A DNA stretch of 64,000 bases. It comes from Lama guanicoe (taxonomy: Eukaryota). Each line of letters starts with the position of its first letter. Within the stretch, counting starts at the first letter, position 1. The translations under genes were made by a program, and so were the position numbers. The stretch covers positions 1,084,355 to 1,148,354 of the forward strand of contig MU055744.1 in NCBI GenBank assembly GCA_013239625.1, written 5' to 3'. The notes beneath the pieces were generated by a model. The model worked only from the letters and a program-made list of their open reading frames with translations. It was not told the origin of the DNA and did no database searches. Below are positions 11,201 to 23,535 of the stretch, one piece after another.

Positions 11201-14200
11201 TTTTTAAGAAGGAAATTTACATTGAGAAACATGACCTATGAAACGCTCGCCCGGGCCGGACCCCAGACACAGTGCCTCCTGTCTCTCTCCAGCCTGTGAC
11301 AAGCGAGCTGCCATGTCCCCCCGCCCACCCACCTGGTCCAGCCCTGGAAGCCCAGAGCCTGGATGCAGCAGGCAGGAGAGGGCGTGGGCTGGCTGCCCCA
11401 CAGAGCGATGGAGAGGCCCGTGTCCTAGGGTGTTGGAAGGGTTAAGTTAAATAGATTACTTATGGGAGGTGCATTATAAAGAGCGAGGGACAAGCCCTCA
11501 GGCACACTGGCTGTCCCCGCTGGGGAGCACCTGCCCTGGCAGCCTGCGGGGACAGGCACAGCTGGGGCACCCACAGGGGTCAAGGCAGAGCCCCGACCTG
11601 CCCCAGACTTCCGGGAAGCTCTGCTCCCCTGCCCACCTTCCCCGCCACTACCCCCCTCCCTGCTTCTCTGGTTTCCTCCCAGACTTCCCATCTTAATTCC
11701 ACCCGGGAGAGGCAGCCTGGGGTGGTGGGTCTGTTGTGCCGCCCCACAGGCCGCCAGGCCCAGGGTGTGAGCCCGCCTGCCCCGAGGGAAGGCTGCCAGC
11801 CCCGCAGCCCCTGACGCAGCGCCGCCCACACGTGGCTGCCGCAGAGGCGGGACCCAGGCTCCCCACCCCGGGCCACCACTGCCTGGACAACCTCCTGGGC
11901 TTCTGCCTATCAGGGAAAGGCCAAAAAGAGGCCGCGTGCCTCCCGCCACCAGGAGGCAGCCACGCACACAGGGCAACACTCACACGGACCTCAGGTGCTG
12001 GAGGGCCCCGCAGGCGTTCGCCGGGCGGGCGCCGCAGGCCCGCAGCGCTGCCCGGTGGGGCCCCAGGGCTCGGGGAAACGGCGTGGCCGCAGGTGCCCGG
12101 GTCTGCCCGATGGGCTGGGAGCTGCCCAGACTTTGAAATATCACTGCCTAGCAAGAAACACGCCTGCCGAGGAATCTGCAAATCTTTGAATTCATAAATG
12201 CCCTGTGGGGTGTAGTGACCCCTTGGAAGGCAGGCGGCTGTCCTGGAAAAGGGCACGTGAGCCCAGCCCGCACGGACAGCAGGGAGGGGGTCGCAGAGCG
12301 CTCGCCTTTTCCTGGGGCGGGCTTTCCTCCAAGGAGTGGGTCTCATCGGATCCGGATGCCGAAGCCCCCGGCAAGGATGCGGCCCCTGAAGGACCGGGCT
12401 GGACGGCCCGTCACGGGAGCCACACGCTGGCCCTGCACCCAGTCCCCACGTGCCACTCAAGCGCAGGGCAGAGTCCCCCTCACCGGCCTGCAGTGAAACC
12501 TTGCACACAGCGGCAGGGTCTGCTGGCCACCCCCGGCCCCCAGCCTTCGCCTCCTCCTCTGTGTGGAGCAGGCCCATCCCACCTCCAGGTCGCCTCCTGG
12601 AGGCCATCCCCACCACCCCCGGACAGAAGCCCCGGCCCGGCCACGGAGGCGTCCCCTGGAGGCCCGTCCTCAAAGACCCAGCAGCACTCATGTCCCTCTG
12701 TCCTGTGTCTGATCTGTGTGTGTTTCCTGCCTCAGCCTCCGTGGGGCCTGACACCTTCCCAGCTGCACTTCCCGCGTGCTGAGCCCCAGGGGAGGTAAAT
12801 GTTAGCTGACTGCGGACAGAATATCGAAACAGAAACACTGTGATCAAGACACCTGGGTTCGAGCCCTAGCCCGGCTGCACGGCGCTGTGCGCTTGCGCCC
12901 ATTTTTAACCCTTCTTGTCCGTATAATAGAGGAGACCCAGGGACGCACAGACCAGCGCTCTCTCCATCACTCCGTCTGCCCGTGGACCCCCAGAAGGCAA
13001 GGACTTTTTAGGGGGTCTTGAGACCGCCCCCACCCCCGGAGCGAGGAGCTGCAGTTAAGTCCTGTGCCCTCCCATCCTCGGGGGAGCTTCCGACGCGCTG
13101 ACACAGCGCACTGTGGGCCCCGAAATCATCAGATTGCAGGAGAGGGAGGCAGAGAGGAAGGGGAGGGTAACTGAGCATCAGAGAGGAAGCTATTCTCAGG
13201 TCAGTCATTTCATGGTTCCTCCTCGTGTGTATGTTTTCGAAGTCACCCCCCAGGCAGAGCAGTTCTGTTGTTTTATGACATAAAGTGGATGTTGTCGTGA
13301 CAGCATCTTACAGAAACCATCGTAGCCCCGCTCACAGAACACCAACGACGCACCATAAAACCCTCCAGGTGGGTCTCACTCTCCCACTTTGCAGCCGGGA
13401 AGACCACGGCCGCGCCGCCTGGGTCCCAAGGTCACGCGGGGCCTTGGCCACCGGTCGGCAAAGTCACAGGCCGCGCGCGCTCCCTCCCCTGCGCAGCTGC
13501 CAAAGAAAAGCCCGTCCCGATTCCGGCGTTCACACCCAGCCCCCCGCAGGCTCAGGCCCTGCAGTCCTTTTCATTTCCAAGTCTGGCTACTACAGATGCA
13601 AAATGAAAAATGAGCCAATAACCCAGTAATTCCGAGCCACTCGGCGCGAAATGCAATAACCAGGGTGAGGACCGGGCGGCGAGTCCAGCCAGACAGATTA
13701 AGCGGGTGGCGGCGCCGAGGAGCTGCCCTCTCCGGCGCTCGGTGACGTTGAAAGGGCACAGAAAGGTCTCGCCCTGGAGGACACAGGGGGTCCCAGCCCA
13801 GGTGGGGCTCTGACTCGGCCTTCCCGGCCAGGGGTCCCCTCACCTTCTAGGTCTGGAAGATGGGGTCCCAGGACGCTCGGAGAACACATACACTTGGAAA
13901 GTCCAGCACAGGTGAGGGCACTGGACCGCTGGTGCCCGTCCGTGTGCTTGGAACGGCCGCGGCCCCACCGCTCTCGGACGGCGGCCTTCCAAGGCAGAAC
14001 AGCAACGCTGGTGAAGGCGTTTGGAGGGGAGCGTGTGTGTACGTTCTGGGGACATGAGGTCCTGAACAGAAGGCGTCTTCGCTTGCTGGGGGCCTGTCAG
14101 GTCACCAGAGTGCCTGGCAGAGGGCCCCGAGGCCCATAGAACGGGCAGGGGCACCAGCCCTGCTCACCACGCTGCTCGTGCCATCCCAGGGGAGGGGCGG

Positions 14201-15949
14201 GCCGCAGAGGTGATGTCCACGCTGGGAGTGTTTGTCACCACAGACTCGGAGGTCCTCTGACCCCGTCCTGACTGGCCCTCAGTCCTGGGGAGGTTTTAAG
14301 ACATTCATGCCCAGTGTCCTCCAAACCCTGCAGACTTGGGTGCCACTGGCCTGGGTATGGCACCCCTGCCATCTGAGCCCCGCAGGGCACCCCACCCATC
14401 AAGTGGGCCTCCCTCTTCGGTGCCTCGGTGCCTCAAAATGGGCCGGCACCACCCAGCCCAGCACAACCCAGCACAGCCTGGTTCTGTGACGGCTTCAGAG
14501 ATGTGCGTCCTTTCACGTGGAGTCACCAGGCACCCAGACCGACTGCTCAGATGCTCTCGAGACCCAAGACCCCGCACCTGCCGGTGAGTCTCCACCCACC
14601 AGGAAACCCACCAGCCGCCGGGCTGGGCCTTCCCCACCCCAGTCAAGGCCGCTGGGTTCTGGGTCTGCGGCCAGAGCGAGGCCTCACCTTGACTGGCACG
14701 TGGCACGTGGCACTGTGGTCGTGAAGGGTCTGGACGGCCCCGGCACCCACAGGAGGGCTCCGCAGGACCACACCGAGCACACGGACGCCTCCGCCCGGGA
14801 GACAGCCCTCAGGGTGAGCGCCCGCGGCAGGAGCCCGCCCAGCCTCGTCCAGCCTGGGGCAGAGGGACATGGCAGGAGCAGGGACCCCCATACTCAAGAA
14901 CCGGGTGTTTTGTCTGCTGTGGCTGTCTGCACTAATTTGGGTTTTTAAGAAGATTGCATTGAGGCAGTGCTTCTCTCCATCCAGAGCTTCCTGGAGCCTG
15001 CGAGGAGCGTCCTGCCCTCCTCGCCCTGGCCCGGCCCCGGCCTCTCGGCTCTGCTGTGCCGGTGCCAGCTCTCTGGGCCTCTGGACACCGCTGGCCACCC
15101 TGGTGGCCCACCAGGCCTCCAAGCACGTGAAGACACCTTCTGTTCAGGACCTTCTGTTCCCCAGAATATTTATTGTCCCCAGGATCCATCATGATGGTCA
15201 AAAGCCAGGTGGCTCCACCTCCAGGGGACGTTTCGGGAGTTCAGGAAGGGCTATTTTGGGTTTTCCTGATGGCCGTGGCTGGCAGGCCTGGGCTGTGCCC
15301 TTGGCAGTGAACGAGGGCCCTCCATCGTGCAGACCAGCCCCACCGACCACACTGTCCCCAGTCTCACACAACTTCTAAAGACACCACCAGACGTTCAAGT
15401 CCACCACGTGAGCTAGATGCTTACAAAGTGAACCCTGAGTGTCTTGAATGTGACCTTAGCAAGCCCTGGATTCTCCAGGGACACGTCCGCCTATAAATTA
15501 GAGGCCACGTGCCTGGCTCTGTTTGGAACTTTACCCTCTGGGGGAATCACACCCCAGACAGACGCATGTCCAGGTGCTGGGGCCCACACCTCCCTGTGCG
15601 CGGGGACCCCCCGCGGCTGCTGCTGGAGGAGACCCGGGCATGCACACGCCACAATGCCGGTCACCTTGTTACCCGTGGTTTCCCTTCAGTTCCTCCTTCA
15701 TCACAGTCAGGACATTATACTGATTTCTTTTTCAAAGTTATGTATGAGATGAATTATCCTCCCCTAAGACCTTTATATCAAACAGTAAAGGGAGGGCCAC
15801 CGGGCCTGGCGGGGGGAGCAGATCAGCCCAGTGTCCAGGCTGCCCATCAAACCCCTCGGGGGGCGTTACAGAATGCTGGTGCCTGGGCCCGAGTCGGATG
15901 CCCACACACCTGGTCTGGGGTGCAGCCGGGGCAGGGGGCGGACCACACA

Positions 15950-16025
15950 GACCTGGGCTCCAGTCCCAGGCTGGGTAAATGCCCTGCCATCTGCGGGCCT
16001 CAGTTTTCCCATCTCTGAAGTGAGC
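15950..16025 (+). mobile_element. MIR fragment
   Basis: GACCTGGGCTCCAGTCCCAGG...GGGCCTCAGTTTTCCCATCTCTGAAGTG. Confidence 0.55.
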
Positions 16026-18144
16026 GCATCCCAGACACACCAGAGCCAAGCACAGGAGCCCAGGAGTGCAGCCGCTTCCTTCTGTCCCACGTTCCCCCGA
16101 CAGCAGGAGAGCGTGTCCATGTGTCGGCCCCAGCACTTCCCCAGGGGGCCCTCTGCACGGAGCCAGCACACAGGAGGTGCTCCTCGAACGTGCATGGCCA
16201 AGAAATACGCCCTCCTGAGAGCCTCCCTTTCCTCAAGGGGGGCTAGTGGGGTCTCCCCATCCCCTCCGGGGGGAGGTAGCAGAGTTACAGGTGGCCGGTC
16301 TAACTGGCCGACGGGGTAATGCACCACTGAAGACGCAGGGCCCCCGAGTAAGTAGCTGGGCGCTATACATAAGGCCCGGGGAGGTTCATGAGCCCCAGGG
16401 AGGGAGGGAGGCAGGAGCTACTTCCTTCAGCACAGAATTCCCGCAGGGGCTGTCAGCGGGGGAGAGATGGAGCGGCCAGGGGCCCTGCCTGCAGCCCTGG
16501 AGCTGGGGGAGGCGGAGGCAGGGAGAGGGCTGGCCTGCCTTCAGGGGAGTGGTGGTGGACCCCTCCCAGGAGCCTCCCTATAATCTCAATTACTGCTCGG
16601 GGGGGCAAACGGGAGCCCCTCGCCCCAAGAGAGCGCCTAACGCTAAATCAGCCCATCATCTCCCCAGGCGGCCACCGGAATGGGGGAGCAAGTCAAGGAG
16701 CCGAGTGGCTTTGAGATGCCAGCTCCATCCTCCACCCCGTCCTGCACCGGGCTCTCTGGGCATTTGGCTTGTTTGCCTGTTTGGTGACACTCCCCAGGGT
16801 GCTGTTTTTGCAGGAGGAAGGCGTGTCCCCAGAAGAGCCCTGCCTTCGGCTCCCAGCGGGCGCCTCGTGGCCCGGCCAGGGAGGGCCAGAGGCTAGGTGG
16901 GAGGTGGGCCCCCCTGGTGGCCAGGCCTCTGAGAGGAGACCCTCATCCCAGGAGCCCGTCCCGGCTTCACAGGGGGCAGCCGCTGCAGGCCCAGAGGGGG
17001 CAGAGGGACAAAGGGACAGACGGCACGGGCCCTTTCTGGTTGTCCCGGTCTCTGAGCAGCGTGTCCGGCCTGCACCATCCGGGGGCCGACTGGGTCTGAT
17101 ACACGTGGGAAGAACCCTTTCTGGCTTTTGTTCAGCTATAATTTGCCTACAGCGCAGCCCACCCCTTTCCATGCCCACGCCTGAGAGTTCTGACAATGCT
17201 TGCGGCCCTGTAACCATTGCCCTGTGGAGACCCAGCACACTCCATCACCGCAAACGGCCCGGTGCCCCTCGGCAGTCAGCCCGCCCCACCCCAGGCTCAT
17301 CCAGCCAGAAGGGGATGGAAGGAACCGTGTGTCCTGCAGCAGGTGAACTGAGCGCGAACTCGGCACCAGTGATGAGGGAGAGGCCCCTGCAGCGGTCTCT
17401 CAGCCCCGCCAGCCCCGCCTTGTGTCCTTTGTTCCCGAGGGAGGCACGCTGGCGCTGGAGGGCCGCGGGGTGGCCAGGCTCACTGTCCCCTTGCCTCCCT
17501 GCCGCCCGCCAGCGAGGAGATCACTCAGGCCCTGATACGATCACTGCGGGACAGGCGGAAATTGGAGTGTCCCCGGTGCTTGATCGCGCCAGCGAGAGCC
17601 GCGGCCGCAGGGACATTAGCGGCCAGCGTAATGGCCTGCATTCAGCTCCCCTGGCAGCCCCGTGACCTTGGGCGGCTCGGAGCCCGTTGCCATTTTAATG
17701 AAAAATCAGGAGTTAGGGAATGGCCGTGGCTTAGAGAGGGCAGGAGGTGGGGAGCTCTGTGCCCGCCGCCCTCAGTCCATCTGTCCTCGCTGGCTGCAGG
17801 CCGCCCTGCCCCGCTGCAGGCCCTCCTGCCACGCCGGCCCCATGGTGGTGGGGCCTGGGGACCCCTGAAGAGACAGAGATGCCCACGGCCGGGGACCTTG
17901 GGTCGAACCTGTGATGAGGAGCTGGGGAGCTGCCAGTGGTGGGGCTTCAGCGGGAGTCGGGGAGGGTACACCATGAGGGAGGCAGGGAGCCCGCAGGGGT
18001 CAGCCCTCACCACCCAGGACAAAGGGACCCTCGGTCCCTCCTGGGCCGAGTCACCCACTCCACCACCCGCTCATCAGCCTCAGTTTCCAGCTCTGCAGTA
18101 GCTCTGCCTGGTCCGGCTCCCCCAGGAGGAACCGACAGCTTCGA

Positions 18145-18260
18145 TGAAGCACTTATTGTGTGTCCCCACTGTCCCCACAGCCCCGTGACCCTGGGCTGTC
18201 ACTCACCCCATTTTCAGATGAGGAAGTGACCCCCAAGTTCACACAGCAGGCGGAGGGCCA
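18145..18260 (-). mobile_element. MIR fragment
   Basis: CCCCATTTTCAGATGAGGAAGTGA...AAGTTCACACAGC. Confidence 0.55.
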
Positions 18261-19439
18261 GCCACCAGAGTTTGCACCCCCTGCCCGGGCGGGGCCGGCC
18301 CCCACTCTCACGCCGAGCTGTTTCTGTGAGCTCTTTTCTAGGTCAGGCCGAGGGTGAGGCCCGGGCCCCTCACCTCTCACTTCTGAGCCCTGCAGCTCCT
18401 CTGGGCTGACAGCTCTGCCCGCAGGAGGGGCCTCCCCCAGCAGAGCGCCCCTGTCCTGGGCGGTCTGCACCCCGCTCCGGGCCCACATGGGATCCAAACG
18501 CCAAAGTCAAGGGGAGGGCCCAGGTGTCCCTGCTGGGAGCGCTCCTGGCCCTCCTGCTCCTCGTGAGAGGCCCCCCGGCGGCCACCCCCTTGCAAACACA
18601 CACAAAGCACTGCGACCCCAGGCTGACCCTGGCGCGGCCCACCGGGGGTTCCCAGCCCAGCCTGAATAGGGCAGGGCACCCAGCCGGCACTCTTGGCCAG
18701 CCCTGCCCACTGGGAGCTGATGGTCACAGGGCCAGGAGAGGGTCCACGGCTAGTGGGCCCACCCCAGTCTCTCTGGCTGCAGCGGGCTGGGGTGCAGAGA
18801 GCGTCACAGGCAGACCTGGGAGGCGAGGCCTGGGCTCAGGTGGGGGGAGGAGCAGGAGAGGTGGGGAGAACCTTGCTCCCCTGTCTCTCCTGGCTCTGCC
18901 TCCTCCATGCCTTGGCTCTGTCTTGGGCTGGCTGCCCTCATGGTCACAGCATAGCTGCCAGGGCGCCTTGGGGACCGCGGGCAGGTTCGGGCAGCCAGCC
19001 CGGGACCCCAGGGGTCACCCCAGCTCCCAGGACCTCTTAGAGGCCGAGTTAGATCCAGGGCCTTGCAGGCCCCGGTCCCCACACTGGGCTCTGGTGGTGA
19101 CATCTTCCGCCGTGGGTGACAAAGAAGAACTGGACGTGTGATGAGCTGTCCTCTCTTCCGACTTCACGTCGCTTCCACTCTGTGGGTGTTCAGATGTCCT
19201 TTGTTTCATGCACTCGTGGTAACAGCAGGTGGAAGTTGGGGGTCTGTTTTGTTTGTGTGAGTGTCTTCACTCGGCAGAGCAAGAACGTAGCAACTCTGTC
19301 AGACCCCAAACGGCTGCGCTTTGTCTGTCTGGGGCGCTGATGGATCCAAGCCCCAGCAAGCAGTGAGCCTGGGGCTGTCCTGGGTGTTTCACCGCCACCA
19401 CAGCACAGCTCCTGGTCTGATAGGAGCAAGGCAGACTTT

Positions 19440-19620
19440 CCCCTCTAAGGAGGGAGCTGGGCAGCTGTGAGTGGACTGGATGTTACACAGCAAACAAGCA
19501 GGGACAGGGACCGAGAACAGTGGGGAGAGAGGGAGCCAACATCTGGGGAGGGGCTCCAGCCGGGGAGCAGCAGGTGCAAAGGCCCTGAGGTGGGGGTGGA
19601 GCCGCATGGCTGGGTGGAAG
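19440..19620 (-). mobile_element. L2 fragment
   Basis: GGAGCCAACATCTGGGGAG...GGGGAGCAGCAGGTGCAAAGGCCCTGAGGTGGG. Confidence 0.55.
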
Positions 19621-21211
19621 GAACGCAGACGACAATGCCTCCAAGCGTCTTCAAGGACGTCCCAGTGTCAGCAGGGCCAGATGGGGAGTGAGGACACCGT
19701 TTAGGGGACGTGTGGACACAGGGAAGGCTGGGTTTCTGGTTTGGGCATGCCGAACTTGAGCTGCTAGGTAGTCTCATAATTAAGATTATAAGATGTTGAC
19801 ACATGAGAGTGGGTGACTGGATGCACAGAATTCTGGGTCTCAGGGTGGAGGCTGGAGCTGTGGGGCCGTGCACACAGAGACGCGGAGCCATCACCACGTG
19901 GGTGGCATTTAAGGGGCCGGGAGAGGCCAGCTGGGGCTGAGCCCTGGCGCTCCCAGGTGGGGAGGAGGCAGAAGAACCAGCAGGAGAGACAGAGAAGGTC
20001 CTGCCCAGAGGGTGAAGGAGGCGATGGCTTCTGGACCGGAAGCCGGAGAGTGGACAGGCTTCCCAACGGGCGGGTGGGTGGGGTTCAGCAGGGCGTGTGG
20101 GGGGCAGTGGGCCAGCTTGGCTGCAGGTGGCTGGGAACGAGCCCACGCGGAGGGGCACTGACGCCAGGCAAGAGCGAGAGCGGCTTAGGAGCTATCCCGG
20201 CCCAACCTAGAGATCAGGCGCGTTTTGATGCCAAGCCCGATCCCCAGTGCCACAGCCAGAGGAAGCCAATTTTCAGGGCGCCTGAGTCGCTTGCCTCTGC
20301 TGCTGAAGCCCCCGTGGCCCCCCAGCACCCTCAGGTCGAGTCCAGACCCCCTCATGGCCCAAGAGGCCTGAGCTCCGGCCTCGCCCCACTGCAGCCCCTC
20401 CAGGAAGCCCTTCCTCCATCCCCCTCCGCACTCTCCACAGCCAGGCTCACTCCTCACTGAGGTCTGCTCACCGCTGCCCCCTAGACCTCCAGCTCCAAGA
20501 GGCCTCAACTGTGTGGCCAGCCTGGCTGGGAGCGGACACTGACACACAGCCACAGAACCAGAGCCGTGACCACCGGGAGAGACCACAGGGGTCAGCACAC
20601 CCCTCCCCCTGCCCCCTCCCCTTTCCCTCTCTGCTTGGGTCATCCAGTTTCCCCTTGAATGCCCCCCACGACGGGGTGCTCAGCACCATGCAAAGCAGCC
20701 ATGTCCCCACTCTGGTTATTCCCTCCTGCTGTTGGTTCTAGGCCAGAGCAGGGAACCGGGGCCAACATGGCGGGGGTGGGAGCACGCTGACCAGCTTGGG
20801 GGCTCTGCCACTTCTCTGCCTCCTCGAGGCCTGGGCACACATCTAGCAGCCTGCTCCCTGGCAGAAGACAGACCCTCTGCTCTCCGATGTGTGCTGTGAC
20901 ACGCAACTTTTCATCTGGACCCATTATTGTAACCTGGTGGAAATAAAGCACTTATCACCCCGAGAAGGAGCCACACAGGTGTTCCCAAATTTTCTTTCCG
21001 CCCGGCCCTCTGAAGCCTGTTCGCCATTCATGCCCATCATCCCAGAGGAAAATAATGTCCTTTCGGCAGTGCACACCCGCTCCACGGAGGCACTGTAAGT
21101 ACGTGGCGATGACATCCCGGCAGCGTGGCTGTGTGAGTGATGTCATCTTGGGGGGTTGCCTAGTAACGCGACAACGTTGGGAGGCGCTAATTCTTGAGCC
21201 GGGTAAAGTCA

Positions 21212-21343
21212 NNNNNNNNNNNNNNNNNNNNNNNNNNNNNNNNNNNNNNNNNNNNNNNNNNNNNNNNNNNNNNNNNNNNNNNNNNNNNNNNNNNNNNNNN
21301 NNNNNNNNNNNNNNNNNNNNNNNNNNNNNNNNNNNNNNNNNNN
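21212..21343. other. N gap (132 nt) inside a candidate conserved element
   Basis: Run of N; the other gaps are 25965-26130, 43028-43177 and 59536-59551. Confidence 0.95.
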
Positions 21344-22811
21344 GCTTTATGTTTCCAGGGTGTCGTTAACACGGCGTCCATGCAAATAACCATGGTAACA
21401 CACGGGTAATTAGTATACACGGCCGGCAGTATTAATCCCGAGCCAGGACCAGCCCCCAATCAGCGCAGATTACGGCACGTTATTACTGGAGTAATTACCT
21501 GCAGTAACACACAAATTGAGCTAAATGGCCAACTGAAGTAAAGTGAATGGCTTTTTATTCTAGTCCCTAAATAATGTGTCTGCTCGCCCGCCGCGCCCTG
21601 GGTGGGGAGCGGGCTTCCTCCCAGACGGGCTTTCCTGGGCGCCTTCTGCGGACCCACCAGCTCCCCCACCCCCGACAGGCACCCCAAGAGAGCGGGGCTG
21701 TCCCGAGTCTTTCTGCAGCGCCCTGGCCCTTCTTAGAAGCCCCGCGGCCTCGCCCAGCTGGCTCGCTCGCTCCCCCAGGGAAGGGGACGCAGCACCTCCC
21801 AGGTCGGGATGGGGTGGAAAGGCAAGGACCTTCCTCCCGGGACAGGACGGGACGTCTTCCTGCCCCTCTGGTGGGTGGAGCAGAGGCGTTCGCTTCCTGT
21901 TACAGGATGTCGCGGGGAGGGGGGGTCAAAGGTTCCTTCTGCCTTTATTAACAGAGCATTTCTCGAATTCCATAAACTTAGCGGATCTTCAAACAGGAAG
22001 TCACCCTGCACCCCGAAAGGGACCTCCGCACGCGTGCTCGACTCGGGGCGGACTGCCTTCCCTCCGGAGAGGCCTGGAGGGACCGAGAGCCATCCTCAGA
22101 TTCACAGGACAAGACTGGCGTGGCCAGATGCCCAGCAGTGGATAAAAGGGGACAAAATCAGCCTGCTTCCAGCCGTTTCCCACTGACACCGGACAAGGCG
22201 AGGGGGCCAGGGGAGTCTGGGCGAGAAGCATCCAGTCCCGCGGTGGACGGACGCGGCGCAGTCCCTCCAGCAGGCCCGGCACCAGGGGCCAGGCTCCAGA
22301 ACGACGGCCACTGGCCGTCAGGCCGACCGTCCAGGGCTGACCTGGAGCCCGAAAGGCACCAAATGCCATGAAGGCAAAGGGCGGGGTTCGGGGGGAGCGT
22401 GAAGGGGGCCGACCTGGCTGGGGGCTTCTCTCAGCAGCGATGCTGAAGCTGAAACCAGAGGGTGAGGGGCTTCGCAGGCCAGGCTGGGGGTTGGAGGAGG
22501 GCCGCGGGCCGGCAGCAGAACCGCCTGCGGACAGACACGCCGGGGGAGAGAAGCGTGACTTCCCAACCCGCGCTGCCCTCCTCCTCCACCCAGGGGTCCC
22601 GGCCGGGGTCACGCCCCTGCGCAAGCACCACCTCAAGACCCGACTCTGAACTAGGGGCCCAGGGTCTGGTAGACGAACCCCAGACCGATCAGGGCTGGTC
22701 CAAGGGGAGGGAGCGTGAGAGGCACGTACGGCCAGATGAAGCAAAACTCCAACTCCCCCGACTCAAAACGAGCCACTGAGCTAGTGTTTTTACAGCACAA
22801 GAAGCAATGGT

Positions 22812-22983
22812 GGCGGGACGGTACAGCTCAGTGGTAGAGCACGTGCTTAGCACGCACAAGGTCCTGGGTTCAGTTCCCAGTACCTCCATTAAAAAGAATA
22901 ATTGAATACACAAAGCTAATTACGTCCTCCCAAAAAAACAATAAAAACAAAAAGAAGACAAGAACAGCAACAAAAAAGAAGAA
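22812..22983 (+). mobile_element. Vic-1-type camelid SINE (tRNA-Ala derived)
   Basis: GTACAGCTCAGTGGTAGAGCACGTGCTTAGCACGCACAAGGTCCTGGGTTCAGTTCCCAGTACCTCCA, then a CTAATTAC..CC tail and an A-rich end; A and B boxes present. Confidence 0.88.
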
Positions 22984-23029
22984 ACGGTAGGAAGAAGAAA
23001 TTCAGTTTGCACGGCAGTCTGACAAAGAC

Positions 23030-23535
23030 CCTGAGATTTCATTTCTACGTAGACATACGCAAAATCTAACAGCTATTAAAAATGAACAAAATGCCAATGT
23101 ACTTGAAAGGTACAGGAAGTTCAGATGAAGTGGGCAAACTTTTTTAAATACAGTAAGAAAATAATTCATCAAAAAAAGGCTAAACATCTAATCTGTTCTT
23201 AGAAACAATAATTAGTACATATACGAAAACTGAAAAATGGGCGGTGTGCTGTTTCTATGTACTTACATGCAACATAATGTGTGTGTGCAGTCGGACTGCG
23301 AAAATTCTACGTAATAAAGCTGGGGGGAAAAGTACGTGCATGTATGACTGAAGCGTCGTGCTGCACACCAGAAGCTGACACAAATTGTAAAGCTGACTGT
23401 ATGCCAATAAATACACAAATATACAAAAAAGAAAAAGAAAACAAACTCAAGAAGACACGGGAAACTAATAGAAATAGAAAACCTGAGCAGTCCTATAACC
23501 ACCAGACAAATTTAATCAGTAAAAAAACCCTTTTC
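23030..23535 (+). mobile_element. LINE-1 fragments: old ORF2 piece interrupted by a younger L1 3' end (~23230-23445)
   Basis: GAAATAGAAAACCTGAGCAGTCCTATAACC (EIENL..PIT); 3'-end-like TGTATGACTGAAGCGTCGTGCTGCACACCAGAAGCTGACACAAATTGTAAAGCTGACTGTATGCCAATAAA plus A tail. Confidence 0.65.

Noticed and set aside
21344-21400. Second snRNA promoter on the minus strand pointing into the 21212-21343 gap
   Set aside because: The octamer is only ~40 nt from the gap, and the PSE-like to TATA-like spacing (~48 nt) does not fit the ~36 nt U6 geometry
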